Of a DNA stretch of 64,000 bases, positions 22,862 to 37,039 are shown one piece after another (the stretch's first letter is position 1; each line of letters opens with the position of its first letter). The stretch is from Octopus bimaculoides (Eukaryota). The stretch spans positions 156,426,101-156,490,100 of the forward strand of contig NC_068981.1 of NCBI RefSeq assembly GCF_001194135.2. Direction: 5' to 3'. The notes under the pieces were generated by a model. The model ran no database searches and was not told the DNA's origin. It saw nothing but the letters and a program-made list of their open reading frames with translations. The translations under genes were made by a program, and so were the position numbers.

Positions 22862-24166
22862 TTAAATCAAACCATATTCTATGAGTAACGTTGCAACTGT
22901 GTCAATCTTGCTTTTATTCTGGAATTGCAGCACTAAGATTACGTTCCTGTTTCAACGATGGAGGAGAATTTGATTAAAGAGATTTATTTGCTGTTTTGAA
23001 CAGGAGATTAAGTGACCGTCTAGACACTTCTAAGAAGTCTGAATTTAAGATTATTAGCTAAATACAGATGTAAATATTGAATTCAAGATAAAAGCAAATT
23101 TATTAATGAAGTAAGTTTTTACATTCCTTTAAGAAATTTAGAATTTATTTTCTACATCAGCACTAAGTTTAATATATATAAGATAAATGAAGACCACAGG
23201 CTACTAAAGGCTTTATCAAGAACATTAGAATTAAGGCTCTTTTATGTTAACATTTATGTTACCAACCAGCCTGGTTCTAAAGATACAAACCTCCACTTTT
23301 AAAGTGATCTTATTTATAACTGTCCATTAAAAGCTCAATTAAATTTATGTTTCAAACACTAACTTAATAATGAAAAATCTATTTAACTAAATTCTTCATT
23401 ATTTTCAAAACTGAGAAAAAGACTGTATTTCAACAGAAATTTGGTAACAAAATGGTTTATCATGAGACTAATAAATTAATTCTGAAAGTGAAAGTAGTAC
23501 CTAATTTTTGTTGGCTTCTTTTCTAACCTGACTAATTAAGATGCTAATATAGCATAGAAATCATAAAAGACCACGTAATCAAAAATACCTAGGCTATCTT
23601 AAACTGTGATAAGCAATACTTTGAGATTAAGGTCTTAAACAACAGACCACATGGTCATAATTATAAATGTAATAATTGTCATTATATTATAACCTGGCTT
23701 TGCTGAGACAATCTGATAGGGTAGAAACATGTCTAAAGTTATCTGCACTTGTTGAAATGATAAAAATATTAGTCATTGAGCTACACCTCCATGTGTATCC
23801 CACTTTTGGGACAAGTACACATATTCTTGTATATTGTAAAGGGCAACTAACAGGGTTGGTTGTCAGAAATGGCATCCCATTGTAAAAGATTACCTCAAAA
23901 AACCACTAATGTTGTCTTTTCCCCCACTGTGCAAGTATTTTGAATTGGATTAATCATGCTCATTACACTGTTCTAACTTAAATATTGCCCTTAGTTTTCC
24001 TGACTGAACTAAAACACAGGCCCCACCCCTACTTCAAGATTCAGTCACTAACAGTAGAAAAGGACATCTAGCTGCAAAAATTAGTCATCAACATAACTCT
24101 TCCCAATTATTCAAATGCAGAATGGGTATAAAATCAGTACCAAGAAAAAACATTGGTGCCATACAG

Positions 24167-24200
<34 letters not shown>

Positions 24201-24255
24201 NNNNNNNNNNNNNNNNNNNNNNNNNNNNNNNNNNNNNNNNNNNNNNNNNNNNNNN

Positions 24256-24290
<35 letters not shown>

Positions 24291-25149
24291 GAGAGAAAGA
24301 GAGAGAGAGAGAGAATAGGAAATATAACACCAGAATTTAAATAAGTTTGAAGTTTCCATGTGAATACAGAAATATTTACATTTGAGTAAAACACAAATAA
24401 TGGGCTCAACCATATAGAACTACATGTAGAGTAAGCCTCTACATGTAGTTCTGTATACCCTCAAAAGGTAAGATGGCCATGATTGGAATGCTTGCAGTGA
24501 TGAAACTTAGTTGAAAATAAGTCTGCTCAGCTATCTTTGATCACACGTTGAACTGCACTTCATCACAGTTATTCTAGTTGCAACATCTTTGATAAGTTTA
24601 TCTGCTCAGCTGGAATGTCTTTGATTATAAGTTTACTCATTGTAGTTAACATGCAGTTAATTTACAAAACAATAAGTGTGGAAAAAAAAAGGTCTTCAAA
24701 TTTATGAGCATGTGCGCACACGTGCGCACACACACACACGCACACGCACACACACACAGTGCAATTTGTCTTTTGACTACAAAAGCTGAGGGAAAAATTG
24801 AATGAATTCTTAACTAGATTTTGCCTCAATTCATCTCAGAAGAAATATAAAGCAAATTCAGCCCTTGTAGAATTTTAACTCTGAAACAGGTCACACAAAA
24901 TTAGAAGCTTCAAAGAATAGCCATGCGCGCGCGTGCGTGTGTGTGTGTGTGTGTGCATGCACACATGCATGTGTAAACGTATATATTCTCCAAGCCATAA
25001 CAGAGAAATTTAAAACTGGCTGTCTGAAGGAATTGTTATATGCTGGCGACTTATTTCTTGTAACTGAATCTTTTGAAGAATAAGAGGAAATTCCAAATGT
25101 GGAAATAAAGTTTAAAATCAACAAGTGTTACAGTAAACCTAGCAAAGAC

Positions 25150-25750
25150 AAAAGTTTTAACTATTTAGAAAGGGGATAGGACTCTGCTGTTGTCTGGAAA
25201 GTGGTCCAGCAAGATATACACAAATGTAAATAATAATTCCATAAGATGTATTCAATATAAACTACAAGTGTGCAAAAGGTGTAGTGGGACAAATAGATTG
25301 ACAGGGAAAAAATTCAAATGCAGTAGATGCACAGGAGCGGTTAACAGAAAGAGCAACCATGTAATAAATTCCTTCACGTGTTAAGGCTCCCTAGAAGTAG
25401 TTAATAGCTTCCATAATCAAGTAGGTGGCCTAAAGCGTGGTGGCAGTAAATGTTTTGAAAGCAGAGTTTAAAAAATTTCAGGAAGCTATTACTATTTCTG
25501 GGAGAAGAGGGAGTCTTTCACTGAGTCAAGGGCAAATCATGATGTATGTGTATGAAGTGTTATGCTCTATGACAGTGAAATATGGGCATTGCATACAGAG
25601 GATATACAAAAGCTGAATGGAATGAGATGAAATAAGCATGCTTTATTGGAAGTTTAATATGAGTAAGCACAAATAACAGAACACAAATGAACAAGGAGGA
25701 AAACTGGATATAAGAGGAATCAGACGAAGAGTACCAGAAGTACTTCAATC
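25150..25750 (+). mobile_element. Old RTE LINE ORF remnant
   Basis: CKRCSGTNRLTGKKFKCSRCTGAVN and MLYDSEIWALHTEDIQKL parallel the RTE copy at 31900-32400. Confidence 0.7.
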
Positions 25751-25759
25751 CCCAGCAGC

Positions 25760-26200
25760 TGCTAACAAGCAGTCACACAATGGCTCAAGCAAGACACACC
25801 ACAGCAACTGTTCTATCCCACATCTGGGATGGTACAGCTACTATCGAAGTTGATATCCTGGGTCATTTCAGAGAAAAGCCAATCAGCTGTTTGCCATTCC
25901 ATCACTAATGTCTATGTTCTAGCAGACAGGAATGCTGTCTCCTTTCACTATCTTTTCTATCATAACTATAATGGCCTCTACACATTGGAGCTGGCTGTCT
26001 CATACCTCTATCATGCAGGCACCCCCAACTAACTCATTACCCTTGGTAGTTTCAATTGCTCTTTCCCCACACTAACCACTATACCCAATCCTTCTACCTA
26101 GAACATCATCCTAATGGAACTTCCTCTCTGCTCATGTCTTCTTGCAGATGTTGACTTGTAACAATTTTAATGGAACACAAACAGCATCAATCTCACCAAT
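25760..26200 (+). mobile_element. Old CR1/Jockey-group LINE 3' ORF remnant
   Basis: Decayed reading ...LFYHNYNGLYTLELA... resembles FYRYY.G.CS.ELA; heavily mutated. Confidence 0.45.
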
Positions 26201-26524
26201 TTTGGAGGGCTTGTAAGGATCATGGTGTCTGTCCTTTCCTCCACATTCAGCATGTAAACAAAATACCAAAAAAAAAAAAAAGGAGAGTGCTGCACTGGTA
26301 CAGACATGTGATGTATGGAGGATGGTGTTTGAGTAAAGAAGTGCCATGTGATCCAAGTGGAATGGGCCTAGAGAAAAAGAAGACAAAGTAAAATACTGGA
26401 CAAAGTCGTGAAATCTGATATCTGGAGGCTGAATCTTCAAGAAGGTGATGAACAAGGACCTGCAACAAGTACCATGTAAGCATGGTAAAATGATCATAGA
26501 ATGAAAATTAGAAGCTGTGAAGAC

Positions 26525-26597
<73 letters not shown>

Positions 26598-26896
26598 ATG
26601 TGTGTGTGTGTGTGCATGCATATGTGTGTGCATGCAAACATTTTTCTTTTAACTTCATACTCACCAACTAAATGTAAAGATTAATGTTTACATTCAGCCA
26701 GTAGATTGATGTCTCCCAATAATCTATAGCAAGTTATCTTGACTGGACAAATGACTTTTATTGAAACAGATACATTTACAACCCAGGAGTTTTGTTATTT
26801 CCAAAACATTTAACTCATAAAAGATGTTTTGACATTTGTTCAAAAAGTGTTGCATTTATGATAGTAGAAATTGTAACCGATGTCCGTTATGGTGCA

Positions 26897-27612
26897 ACGT
26901 CAGGATCACCAGTTGTAATGGTTGATATTTGTAAAAGGTTGAGATTTTTCATTATGTAAGGATGAAAGAACAGTGATTGAAGTTGTGACGAAAATATTTA
27001 TTTTTACCGTTACATCGTATATACCTTGCCTCGACGGGCAGGTGATAAAATCCTAGAGTGTGCAAAGTAAAAAAGCTAATTTCGACCTGTGTGTTCTTAT
27101 TGTAATAGTATGTTCTTATTGTAGTAGTAAACCATAGAGAGAGATATGGTAATGTGCAGACGAGACAAAGTGAGTTAGTGAAAGTGAGAGAGTGTGGGAA
27201 GTTGGGTCTCATAGCTGCTGACACTAAACTTCATTTCTCCATTTGACCATTGTCTTTAATAGCTGCCTTGCTATTATGATTCTAGCGTTCTACTCCTTAA
27301 CTGATGGTAGCTGACTCTGACTCCAGTTGTCATTCATTAACTGGTTGAGTTGTCACGAGCCAACTAACTGATTTTTGCTTGGGGGTTCTTGCTTTTATAA
27401 CTATCCAGAAGGATAGACATATTGTTGAGAACAATGGATTTAGTTAGTGGTCTTGTTATCTTAATTCTAGCTTTTGGGGAAGTAGAAGAGGTTAGAAAGG
27501 TCAAGTGGTGAAGACATTATTTTGGGCCTAGCTAAGGCATCTGGAAAATGTAAAACTGCTGTCACAGAAAAACTATTGTTTTACCATGAAAAAAGTTCTG
27601 TTGAACTGTTAA
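26897..27612 (-). mobile_element. LTR with adjacent tRNA-Trp-type primer-binding site (PBS); no internal genes
   Basis: Reverse complement aligns with 47635-48460; LTR end CCATTACA (26914-26921), then AC and TGGTGATCCTGACGT (26897-26911), 13/15 to the tRNA-Trp PBS TGGTGACCCCGACGT. Confidence 0.8.
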
Positions 27613-28962
27613 TATATAGAAAATCAACGAGAGAGGGTGAAGGAAGAGAGAGTATAAGTATGATGGGAGAAATAGAATGCTAAGAGCAGGAAAAGAGTCA
27701 GTAATAAGCAGTTATATGTTGCATTGATAGAGAGATTAAACAGAAAAATAAATTAATATGAATGGTATGATGGTAAAATCATTAGAGTGCTGGAAAGAAA
27801 GCTTTGCAATATTTGTTCAAAATCTCTGCACTCATATATAGGATCACTGGTTTAGTTGCCAAAAGCCTGACAATGTGACAGGTTGCACTGGGTTATGTGT
27901 TACAAGTAGCAACAAAAATAACTTGAAACTTTGTCATAACACTTGCAACTTCATTTGTATCCAATATTTATATGCTAGAATTTATAGCTTTGTCTATTAT
28001 CTACTTCCAAGTCCATGTTCACAAAGTATCTGACATCATTTTTTTCCTGCCAAAACTAATGCCATGTGGGTGGGAGGTGACACCACCCTTCCTGCACGTG
28101 TGAAAATTTTTGTGCCAGTATATAAACTGTCTTTGCACAGGGGCCATCTGGACTCCTGACTTCGTCATGAACAGGAATTCATCTTCTTTTTTCACTGCTT
28201 TGTGCCACATGGGCTCAACTCACTTTCTCTCTTCATCTGACACCAACTTTACCTCCTCTCTTCATCTGACACCAACTTTACTTCCTCTCTTCATTTGATA
28301 CCACCCCACACCACTCCACACATACTAGCACTGACCACTTCCCAGAACTCACACTACCATCCACACACCCACACACAATCTTAAATAGCATCACCACACA
28401 TACCACTATAAGAGCAGCCACACACAGTTTAACTCCGTACACACACACAGTCATGCACACTCCCACACCCACACAAGCATATAATACCTGAACATAGACA
28501 ATATATACTACCACACTCACACAAGCATATAATACCTGAACACAAGATATATACATACACACACAACACGCATTAACACACACAACATAAACAGACAAGA
28601 ACTTCTGCTCACATATATACACCCTACACATGCATACTGCCTGGTCACAAATACACACACATCACATGAAAAAGCACGCCTCAACCGCTACACACAACAC
28701 ACAAGTTACACATGCACACATTTACATACGCACACACTCAAACACAAAAGAGTCACTCGCTCCTATTCACACACACACACACACACAGACTTAAACACAC
28801 TATTTTCACATACACACACATGCACGTGTGCCTTCTCTTGGGATCACCAGCACTTTAGTAACTGCCTTTCAACCTCTTTTTTTTCGTTATTATCTCTCTT
28901 TCAAACTTCTTCCAATCATTCGCCAAGTTTTTTTTTCATTCTCTCTGTTTATTTTCTCTTAT

Positions 28963-29002
28963 TCCTTTCTGTTAAAGAGCATAGGCTCAAACTGTAAAAG
29001 AC
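28963..29002 (+). ncRNA. Decayed copy of the Penelope-type hammerhead-like motif seen at 47451-47487
   Basis: TCCTTT CTGTTAAA GAGC ATAG GCTC AAAC TGTA AAAGA; same scaffold, core mutated. Confidence 0.5.
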
Positions 29003-29087
29003 TTTTTCATTTTCCTGGGCATCAAACTAATATACTTGCTTGTTTTTCATACACCTGTCTTTGTCTTTTGTTTTTCAATAAATTTCA

Positions 29088-29125
<38 letters not shown>

Positions 29126-29159
29126 CATACATACATACACACACATACATACATATATG

Positions 29160-29930
29160 TCATCATCAACATTTAACGTCCGTTGTTCATGCTGGCATGG
29201 GATGGACGGTTTGAGCAGGGCTGACAAGCTGGAAGGCTGCATCAGATTCCAGTCTCATTTGGCATGGTTTCTAAGGCTGGATTCCTTTCCTAATGCCAAC
29301 CACTCTGAGAGTGTAATGGGTGCTTTTACATGCCACCGGCACAGGTGCCAGTTGCGTGACACCAGTATCTGCCATGACTGCATTTTTACTTGGCTTCTCG
29401 GGCACAACATAATACCAGTGGTCTCAGTCATTCATCATAGCCTCTGTGTGGCCCAACACTCAAAAGGAGCTTTTCACATGCCACAAGCATCACCCACTTT
29501 GCCTCCATGAGGCCCAACGCTCGAAAGATGCTTTTAACATGCCATCAGCATGGGTGCCAGTTATATGACACCAGCATTGGCCATGACTATGATCAGACTT
29601 GGCTGGACAGGTCTTCTCAAGCACAGTATATCATCGAAGGTCTCAGTCACTAGTCATTGCCTCTGTAAGGCCCAAAATTCGAAGATCATGCTTCACCACC
29701 TTGTCCTATGTCTTCCTGGGTCTACCTCTACTACAAGTTCCCTCCACAGTTAAAGATCAGCACTTGTTTACACAGCTGTCCTCATCCATACACATCTCAT
29801 AACCATACCAGTGCAGTTGTCTCTCTTGCACACTAGATCTGATACCTCTGATGCCAAATTTTTCTCTCAAGACGCTTACATTCTGTTGAATATGTACACT
29901 GATATTGCACATCCAACGAATATGGATGAG
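29160..29930 (-). mobile_element. RTE LINE 3' end (ORF C-terminus plus modular 3'UTR)
   Basis: Reverse complement of the 32380-32950 and 40100-40880 type sequence. Confidence 0.8.
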
Positions 29931-30979
29931 TGAGGAAGAACAAGAAGAAGAAGAACAACAACAGAGTAGACAAGATTGGGAATGTATCTATACTAAATGT
30001 TAATTGTCATAAACCTATGGTGGGAACCAGTGTTTCTAAAAACGCTAGTAAGAGCACTGCTCAGGTTGGAGATACTAATAATCAAAGTACCCCCAGTGCC
30101 TCCTACTACAACCATCATCCAAACCATATGGAACAACAGGATGATCTGATAACAATAGTAGAACTGTGATTAATCATAATAGCACTACATTTAGAAACAA
30201 TTTTAAACACCTCCCCTTACTTCAGAATAATGAAAGAACTTAGAGTCAGATATTATGACTCACCAAAATAAGATTAAGAATAAGAGAGCAAATCAATTAT
30301 GTAAACAGAAAATTCTGTAGTATAACTCCACCCCCTTGGTAGTATAGACATTCACAGATATTTCTTCATTATTTTTCTGTGCTTTAGATAAATATTTTCC
30401 TCCTGCTAATAAAATATCATAGATTATTCAATAGGTACACAGTCAAATTTTCCTATTCTATTCCAAATTTGGCAGATAATATAGCTGCAATAAATGGCAA
30501 ACAATTAAACAATATTAGTAATTGCCTAAGTGTGAACAATAATCCTTGTAATTGTCTACATCCAGCCCAACTATTAACAATGATCTAAATAATATAAATG
30601 GTAGCTAGTAAAACTGATTATTTATGTAACTGTAGAGATAAAGATAATTGCCCTTTGGATGACGAGTGCCTCCATGGTTATATAATATATAATATTCTGT
30701 CCAGACATGCAGTAACATTTACTACAATATTGAAGCCACTGTAATGAATTTAGGGCAAATTTGAATAACCATCTTATTTTCTTTGATGATAGGAAGAAAT
30801 TACACAGTACTTCATTAGCAAAATTAATTTGGGAATTGAAGAACAGTAATATCAATCATGCCTGGGGATATAACTTATGTTCTATGAAGACATTTGAGAT
30901 TCTGAGATGCAAATCAGGTCTAATTAATAAACAGTATAAGAATATACAAGTACAAACATACACACACACGCATAATATA

Positions 30980-32950
30980 TATACATTTATATATTGTCTT
31001 GCAGAATGATATAGCTACAATTATCTCTACCTACACCCCACAAGCTGGCCAACCAAATGAACAGAAGGATCACTTCTGCAGGCTACCTCAAAGACGAGTG
31101 ACAATGATCTCAACTTTGTGGCTGGAGATTTTAATGGGCATGTTGGACAGCAACCTGGTATCTTCCATGGTGTACATGGGGGCCATGGAGTTGGTACCAG
31201 AAATGAAGAGTTCTGCAATGCAAATAACCTATTGATCTGCAACACCGACTTCAGGAAGCTAGCTAGACACCTGATAACCTATCAATCAGGTGACTCTGCT
31301 AGCCAGATCGATTTCATTCTCACCAGACAGTGGGATGCATGGTTGCTCTTAAATACAAAGACCCTCCCTGGTGAATAATGTACCCTACCCCAACATAGAC
31401 TAGTTATTAGTAACTTTAGATCCGAGGCCAGAAGGATGTCAAAACCAGACCAATCTGGAAAAGAAGGAGTTGGAAGCTTAAGAATCCTTCACATGGTCAG
31501 AGATTTAGGGATATCCTTACCGAGAATTTTAATGATAGGGAGGAGGAACTACAGTCCTGTGACATAGAAGGCAGCTGGTGCAAAGTCCATTCCAGACCTA
31601 GGGTAACATGGTGGTGGAACAATACTGTAGACAGGGCTATCAGAGCAAAGAAATAGGCTTGGAAGGCCTGGAAGAGTGTGGGTAGCAGGAGAATGTATGA
31701 GATAGCCAAAAGGGAAGCTAAGAGACAGGTATATATAGCCAAGGGAGTAGCAGAACAGAAGAAGTTTGCCTAGAATCGAAGGGCCTTAGGGTTAACCTAG
31801 CAAAAACCAAAGTCTTAGTAAGTAGGAAGGCTGTCAAATCACAATCCCCTTCAAGTAGATGGCTCTGCTCAATCTGTAGAAAAGGTGTGGGTAGAAACTC
31901 CATATGATGTACCTGGTGTTAGCTATAGACACATAAAAGGTGCAGCAATATCAAAGGACAGTTAACTGGGAAAAAAGTTTTTGTGTGTGACAGATGCACA
32001 GGGGCAATAAACACTGAAGATGCACAGAAAACAGATTCCATCATATGCCAGGGGGAGAAACTAGAAGTAGTTAGCAGCTTACACTACCTAGGCAACCAAG
32101 TCTGTAGAGGGGGCGGCTCTGAGAGTATAGTGACTAGAGTAAGAATAGCCTGGGCAAGGTTCAGGGAACTCCTACCTCAGCTGGCAACTAAGGGTCTCTT
32201 GCTCAGGATAAAAGGTAGACTGTATGATGCATGTGTGCAAACTGCCATGCTACACAGCAGTGAAACATGGGCCATAACTGCTGAGGACATGTGTAGGCTT
32301 GAAAGAAATGAAGCTAGTATAATCCGCAGGATGTGTAATATCAGTGTGCATACACAATTGAGTGTAAGCGCCCTGAGAGAAAAGTTGGGCATAAGAAGCA
32401 TCACATGTGGTGTGCAAGAGAGGTGACTGTGCTGGTATGGTCATGTATTACGTATTAATGAGGACAGCTGTGTAAGGAAGACATGGGATGAGGTGGTGAA
32501 GCATGACCTTCAAACATTGGGTCTCACAGAGGCAATGACAGGAAACCAAGACCTTTGGAGATATGCTGTGATTGAGAAGACCCGGCAACTAAAGTGAGAT
32601 CGCAGCCACACATGTCCGGCCCTGATGCATTGGGTGATATGATATGCTTGAGAAGACCTGTTGAATCAAGTAAAACCAATATCGTAGCTGTGGCCAGTGA
32701 CCCCTGACTGGCTCCCATGCCAGTGGCACGTAAAAAGCACTATCTGAACGTGATCAGGCCCGCCTGACTGGCTCCTGTGCTGGTGGCATGTAAAAAGCAC
32801 CCACTACACTCTCGGAGTGGTTGGCGTTAGGAAGAGCATCCAGCTGTAGAAACATTGCCAGATCGGATTGGAGCCTGGTGCAGCCGCTGGCTCTCCAGAC
32901 CTCAGTCACACTGTCCAACCCATGCCAGCATGTTAAACGATGATGATGAT
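30980..32950 (+). mobile_element. RTE-clade LINE remnant: AP endonuclease, RT core deleted, PHD-like finger, C-terminus, 3'UTR with (GAT)n tail
   Basis: AGDFNGHVG...FCNANNLLICNTDFRK...SQIDFILTR (APE); CSIC..CTWC..HKRC..CDRC; RVRIAWARFRELLP...LYDACVQTAMLHSSETW. Confidence 0.9.
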
Positions 32951-33164
32951 ATATATATGCCAACTGAATTTCTTTTCTCACTGCTATTACACTTCATCTG
33001 TGATTGGTCTTCACTTGTAGTTACATAACTTTGTTTTATCTATACTATCTTATCACCTAAACTTCATATATTAACTTATTTTCTTACTCTTAAATGTCAT
33101 TTGTTTCAAATGTCATATTCTTCATTTTCTTGTATGCCTAGTAACTATTTCATTTTACTATTCT

Positions 33165-33360
33165 TTTACTTGTTGCAGTCATTTTGACTGCAGCCATGCT
33201 GGAGCACTGCCTTTAGTCAAACAAACTGACCCCAAGACTTATTCTTTTTAAGCCTCGTACTTATTCTATCAGGCTCTTTTGCCAAACCACTAAGTACCAA
33301 GGACATAAACACATCAACATCTGTTGTCAAGCGATGGTGGGGAGACAAAACCCAGATACA
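33165..33360 (-). mobile_element. SINE whose 3' tail matches the CR1/L2-group LINE at 4520-4570
   Basis: Minus strand ends ...GGCAGTGCTCCAGCATGGCTGCAGTC...GTAAAAG; a second tail copy lies at 15180-15262. Confidence 0.7.
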
Positions 33361-36300
33361 AATACTTATATATATATGTGTGTGTGTGTGTGACAGGCTT
33401 CTTTCAGTTTCCATCTACCAAATCTACTCACAAGGCTTTGGTCAGCCCAAGGCTATAGTAGAAGACACTTGCCCAAGGTGCCACGCAGNNNNNNNNNNCA
33501 CAAGGCTTTGGTCAGCCCAAGGCTATAGTAGAAGACACTTGCCCAAGGTGCCACGCAGTGGGACTGAACCCAGAACCATGTAGTTGGGAAGCAAGCTTTT
33601 TACCGCACAGCCACACCTGCGCCTATACTCATTTATTTATATATTTAATCAATTACTGCATATGCATATGTACATGTATATATCTATATGTGTGTAGATC
33701 TTTATATTTAGGTACACATGTGTGTGAATATATGAGTGTACATAAATTACATATACATGCATTATATATATGATGTATGTATGTATGTATATGTTGTGTA
33801 TACAGTTAAATTTATGACTACTATTGTATGAATCAGACCTCCCATGTAGATTATCATTATCCAGTTAGCTTCCAGTACATTATCACTGTGTTATTAATTA
33901 TGACATACAGTGCATATGTAGGGGAAAATTAAAATAAATATAAATTATTAGTTCCTATGTATGTTTTACTACTGCAACTATTTGGAACCTTGCATTGGAT
34001 GTACCAAATGCACTTGGTTGCTTAACCACAATGGATCATCGGGGGATATACATATGTAAATTTATGCACTCTTACCCATAGTGCTTTGTTGTAGAACTGA
34101 ATACTATCATATGGTTGGGAAGCAAACTTCTTACCATACAACCATGCCTGCACACACATATGTATATATATTTTTTCTTATTTATTTATCTAAATAAAGA
34201 AAAATAGAATTCAAAGTGATGTATTATGCCTACTGGATCATACCTTGGATTTTCAAAGTGCTCCCCTTTGTAATTAGTTGAAGTATAACTGATCTTCCTT
34301 CAGTTATCTGAATACTGTGCAAGCCAGGTTCATACATGATGTGCTGATGAGGTGACTGCCTGCATTTTAATTAACCTACACACACCACACATATAATTGG
34401 AATGGCTGTGTGATTAAGAAGTTTGCTTCTTGACCACATGGTTTCAGATTCAGTCCCACTGTATAATACCTCAGACAAGTGTCCTCCACTACAGCCCTGA
34501 CCAACCAAAGTCTTGTAAGTGGATTTGATTGATGGAAACTGATGGAAGCCTTTGTGTGTGTGTGTGTTGGAGTGTATGCTTACATGTTTCTTGGTTTTGA
34601 CATTGCAGTCCACTGACTGTCATCAAATTATTATATAAACTTTCTTCATAAACAGAAAACTAACATTGAGCTACCTACCTAACCCAACTTCCTGTCAGGT
34701 TAAAAGTTTTAGGGCTGCACTATAAATATTAATACAATAAAAGGTAAATATGGATGGAATGTAGAGGCAAGCAGATGTGTGCTGTGTATGTGAGGTAAGA
34801 TATCAAGGAGCCTGATTAAACAGAATTGACCTAGATGATATGCAGTTCAGTTTTGGGTCAGGAGAAAGAATAATATCTCCTTCTTAGTGAGACAATTGTA
34901 GAAGTACAGCAGTAAGACTCTATATCCAAAATTCTTCAAACTGGAGATGTTTGAAAAAGTTCCATGTTCTGGAAACTGGTAGTCACAAAGAAAACTAAGA
35001 GTAGGTGTATTACTTAAATAAACTATGTAGAGACGCAATCAGTAATATGGCAGCAATGAGATGGATCAACAAATTTAGTGAGCAGGAAGGGGTTGTTAGG
35101 GCTCATTTGTCAAACCCCTCTTGTTACAGCACTCCAGGCCATAACAGAGGAGTTTTAAGAACAGCTGTGTGTGAGAATTACTATATGCTGATGACCAAGT
35201 TCATATAACTGAATCTGTTAAATACTTACAAGAAATTCCAAACCTGGAAGCAAAACCTGGAAATTAGGCCTTAAAAGGTAACTTAGTAAGTAGGAAATAA
35301 GATAGGACCCTATTAACATCAAGGAAATGCCCAAGCTCAATATACAGAAAAGAGTAGGTAGAAATTCCATATAGTGACTCAGTGAAAACTATAGCTGCCC
35401 TGGCAGGATCACATGCAGGCTAAGAGAAGATAAATTTCCCTTAGTTAAAAATCATGAACACTTTCACACATACACATGGAAAACTTTCAATTTCCACTTA
35501 CCAAATTCACTCACATAGCTTTGGTTGGCCCAAGACTGTAGTAGAAGACACTTGCCCAAGATGCTGCACAGTGAGACAGAACCCAAGACCAAATGGGTAA
35601 TAACTGAACATTCTAGCTATGCAGTCATGTCTGCAACATCATATGCAGCAAAAATTGAGGTGAGAGGGAAAATGAAGGATAAGAATGGGAACTAAGAGGC
35701 AGTGTAGAAAGAGAAGGAAACATTAGTGACATGGCTCCAAGTTTGAACATGAAATGGTGTTCCTTCTGTTTCTTTGAGTATGTGGATCAATGATATACAG
35801 CGATGCCATTAACCAATAAATCATTAAAGGAGTGGCCAGTTGTGTTGAAATATGTGGCGACAGGTTAGCCTGGCATACATAACTGTGTGCTTTGAATATG
35901 CACCCAATAGTACTGACATGGCGACAGCTTGTTCGTTTAATGTTAAATGTACCACAAAGTTCGCAGATGATGCAACATATGAAGAAGATTGTGTATCAGA
36001 AGTTTTTAAAAAGCTCAGTGACAGGTGTAGAGCTATTAATGTATAGGCAGGTGTTGAATCGTCGGCGAGACAGTTTCTCAAAAACAGGATGCAAAACTGT
36101 CTTCGTTTCCCTCATGTCATCATTATTCTGAAGAAGGACTCTAACCCAAATGTGGGATATTCCACTTCCCACAGCAATTTTACTGTATTCATTGTCGTTT
36201 TCACAAATCTACTGCGATGTAGGACCACAAATATTTTAATTCCCTCTAAAAAATATTTGTGGTTATTAAGAGTGAAGCTATTTCAAAAAAAGCTAAATAA

Positions 36301-37004
36301 TTCCAAATAAAAGTTATATTGTATTAACTTATAGCTCAAACAAAATACGTGAAATAGAAATTGATAAATAAACGTAAATAAACGGCATGTACAAAGATTG
36401 CTATCAAATGCACCAGCAATAAGGCCTTCTTATAGTCACTCAGGCAGCTAGAAATGGTAGCCACATCTCTCTCAAGTCAAATCCTACCATATTAAAAAGT
36501 GAAGGATACACAATGCTTTGACTGCATTCAAAGTATGCTCAAAACTTTGAGTAATATTCAAGTTTTAGTTTAGTAATAAAGTCACACAACAATAATAATT
36601 TTCAAATGTTGGTACAAGACCAGCAATTTTAGTAAGTCGATTACATCAACCCCAGCATATTTGACTGGTACTTTACTTTATTGATTCCTAAAAGGATGAT
36701 TGGCGAAGTTGACCTCGGAATGTAAAATAACCGGAACAAAAGTCGCAAGGCATTTTCCGATGCTTTAACAATTCTGCTAGCTGGCGAGTTAAACCAAGAA
36801 ATAAAAATAGAACGAGGACAGAACGTGTTGACTTAGAAATAAAATAATAATAATCATAGTAATAATAAAAACTTTTTAAAAGTACACATCAGCTGTATCT
36901 GGTCTAATTTTATCAATTTTTAACTCCTAGGGTGATGAAATTGTATGTTACACCTGTATTTATGATTGCTAAGTCTTCCATCCAGTCGTACTAAATACTT
37001 TACA

Positions 37005-37039
<35 letters not shown>

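Noticed and set aside
28231-28830. 29-bp and 25-bp local duplications in a CA-rich tract, with ORF 28278-28658
   Set aside because: Degenerate microsatellite-derived low-complexity sequence.
33429-33560. Direct ~60-bp duplication within a SINE on both sides of a 10-N gap
   Set aside because: Most likely a scaffolding overlap artefact.
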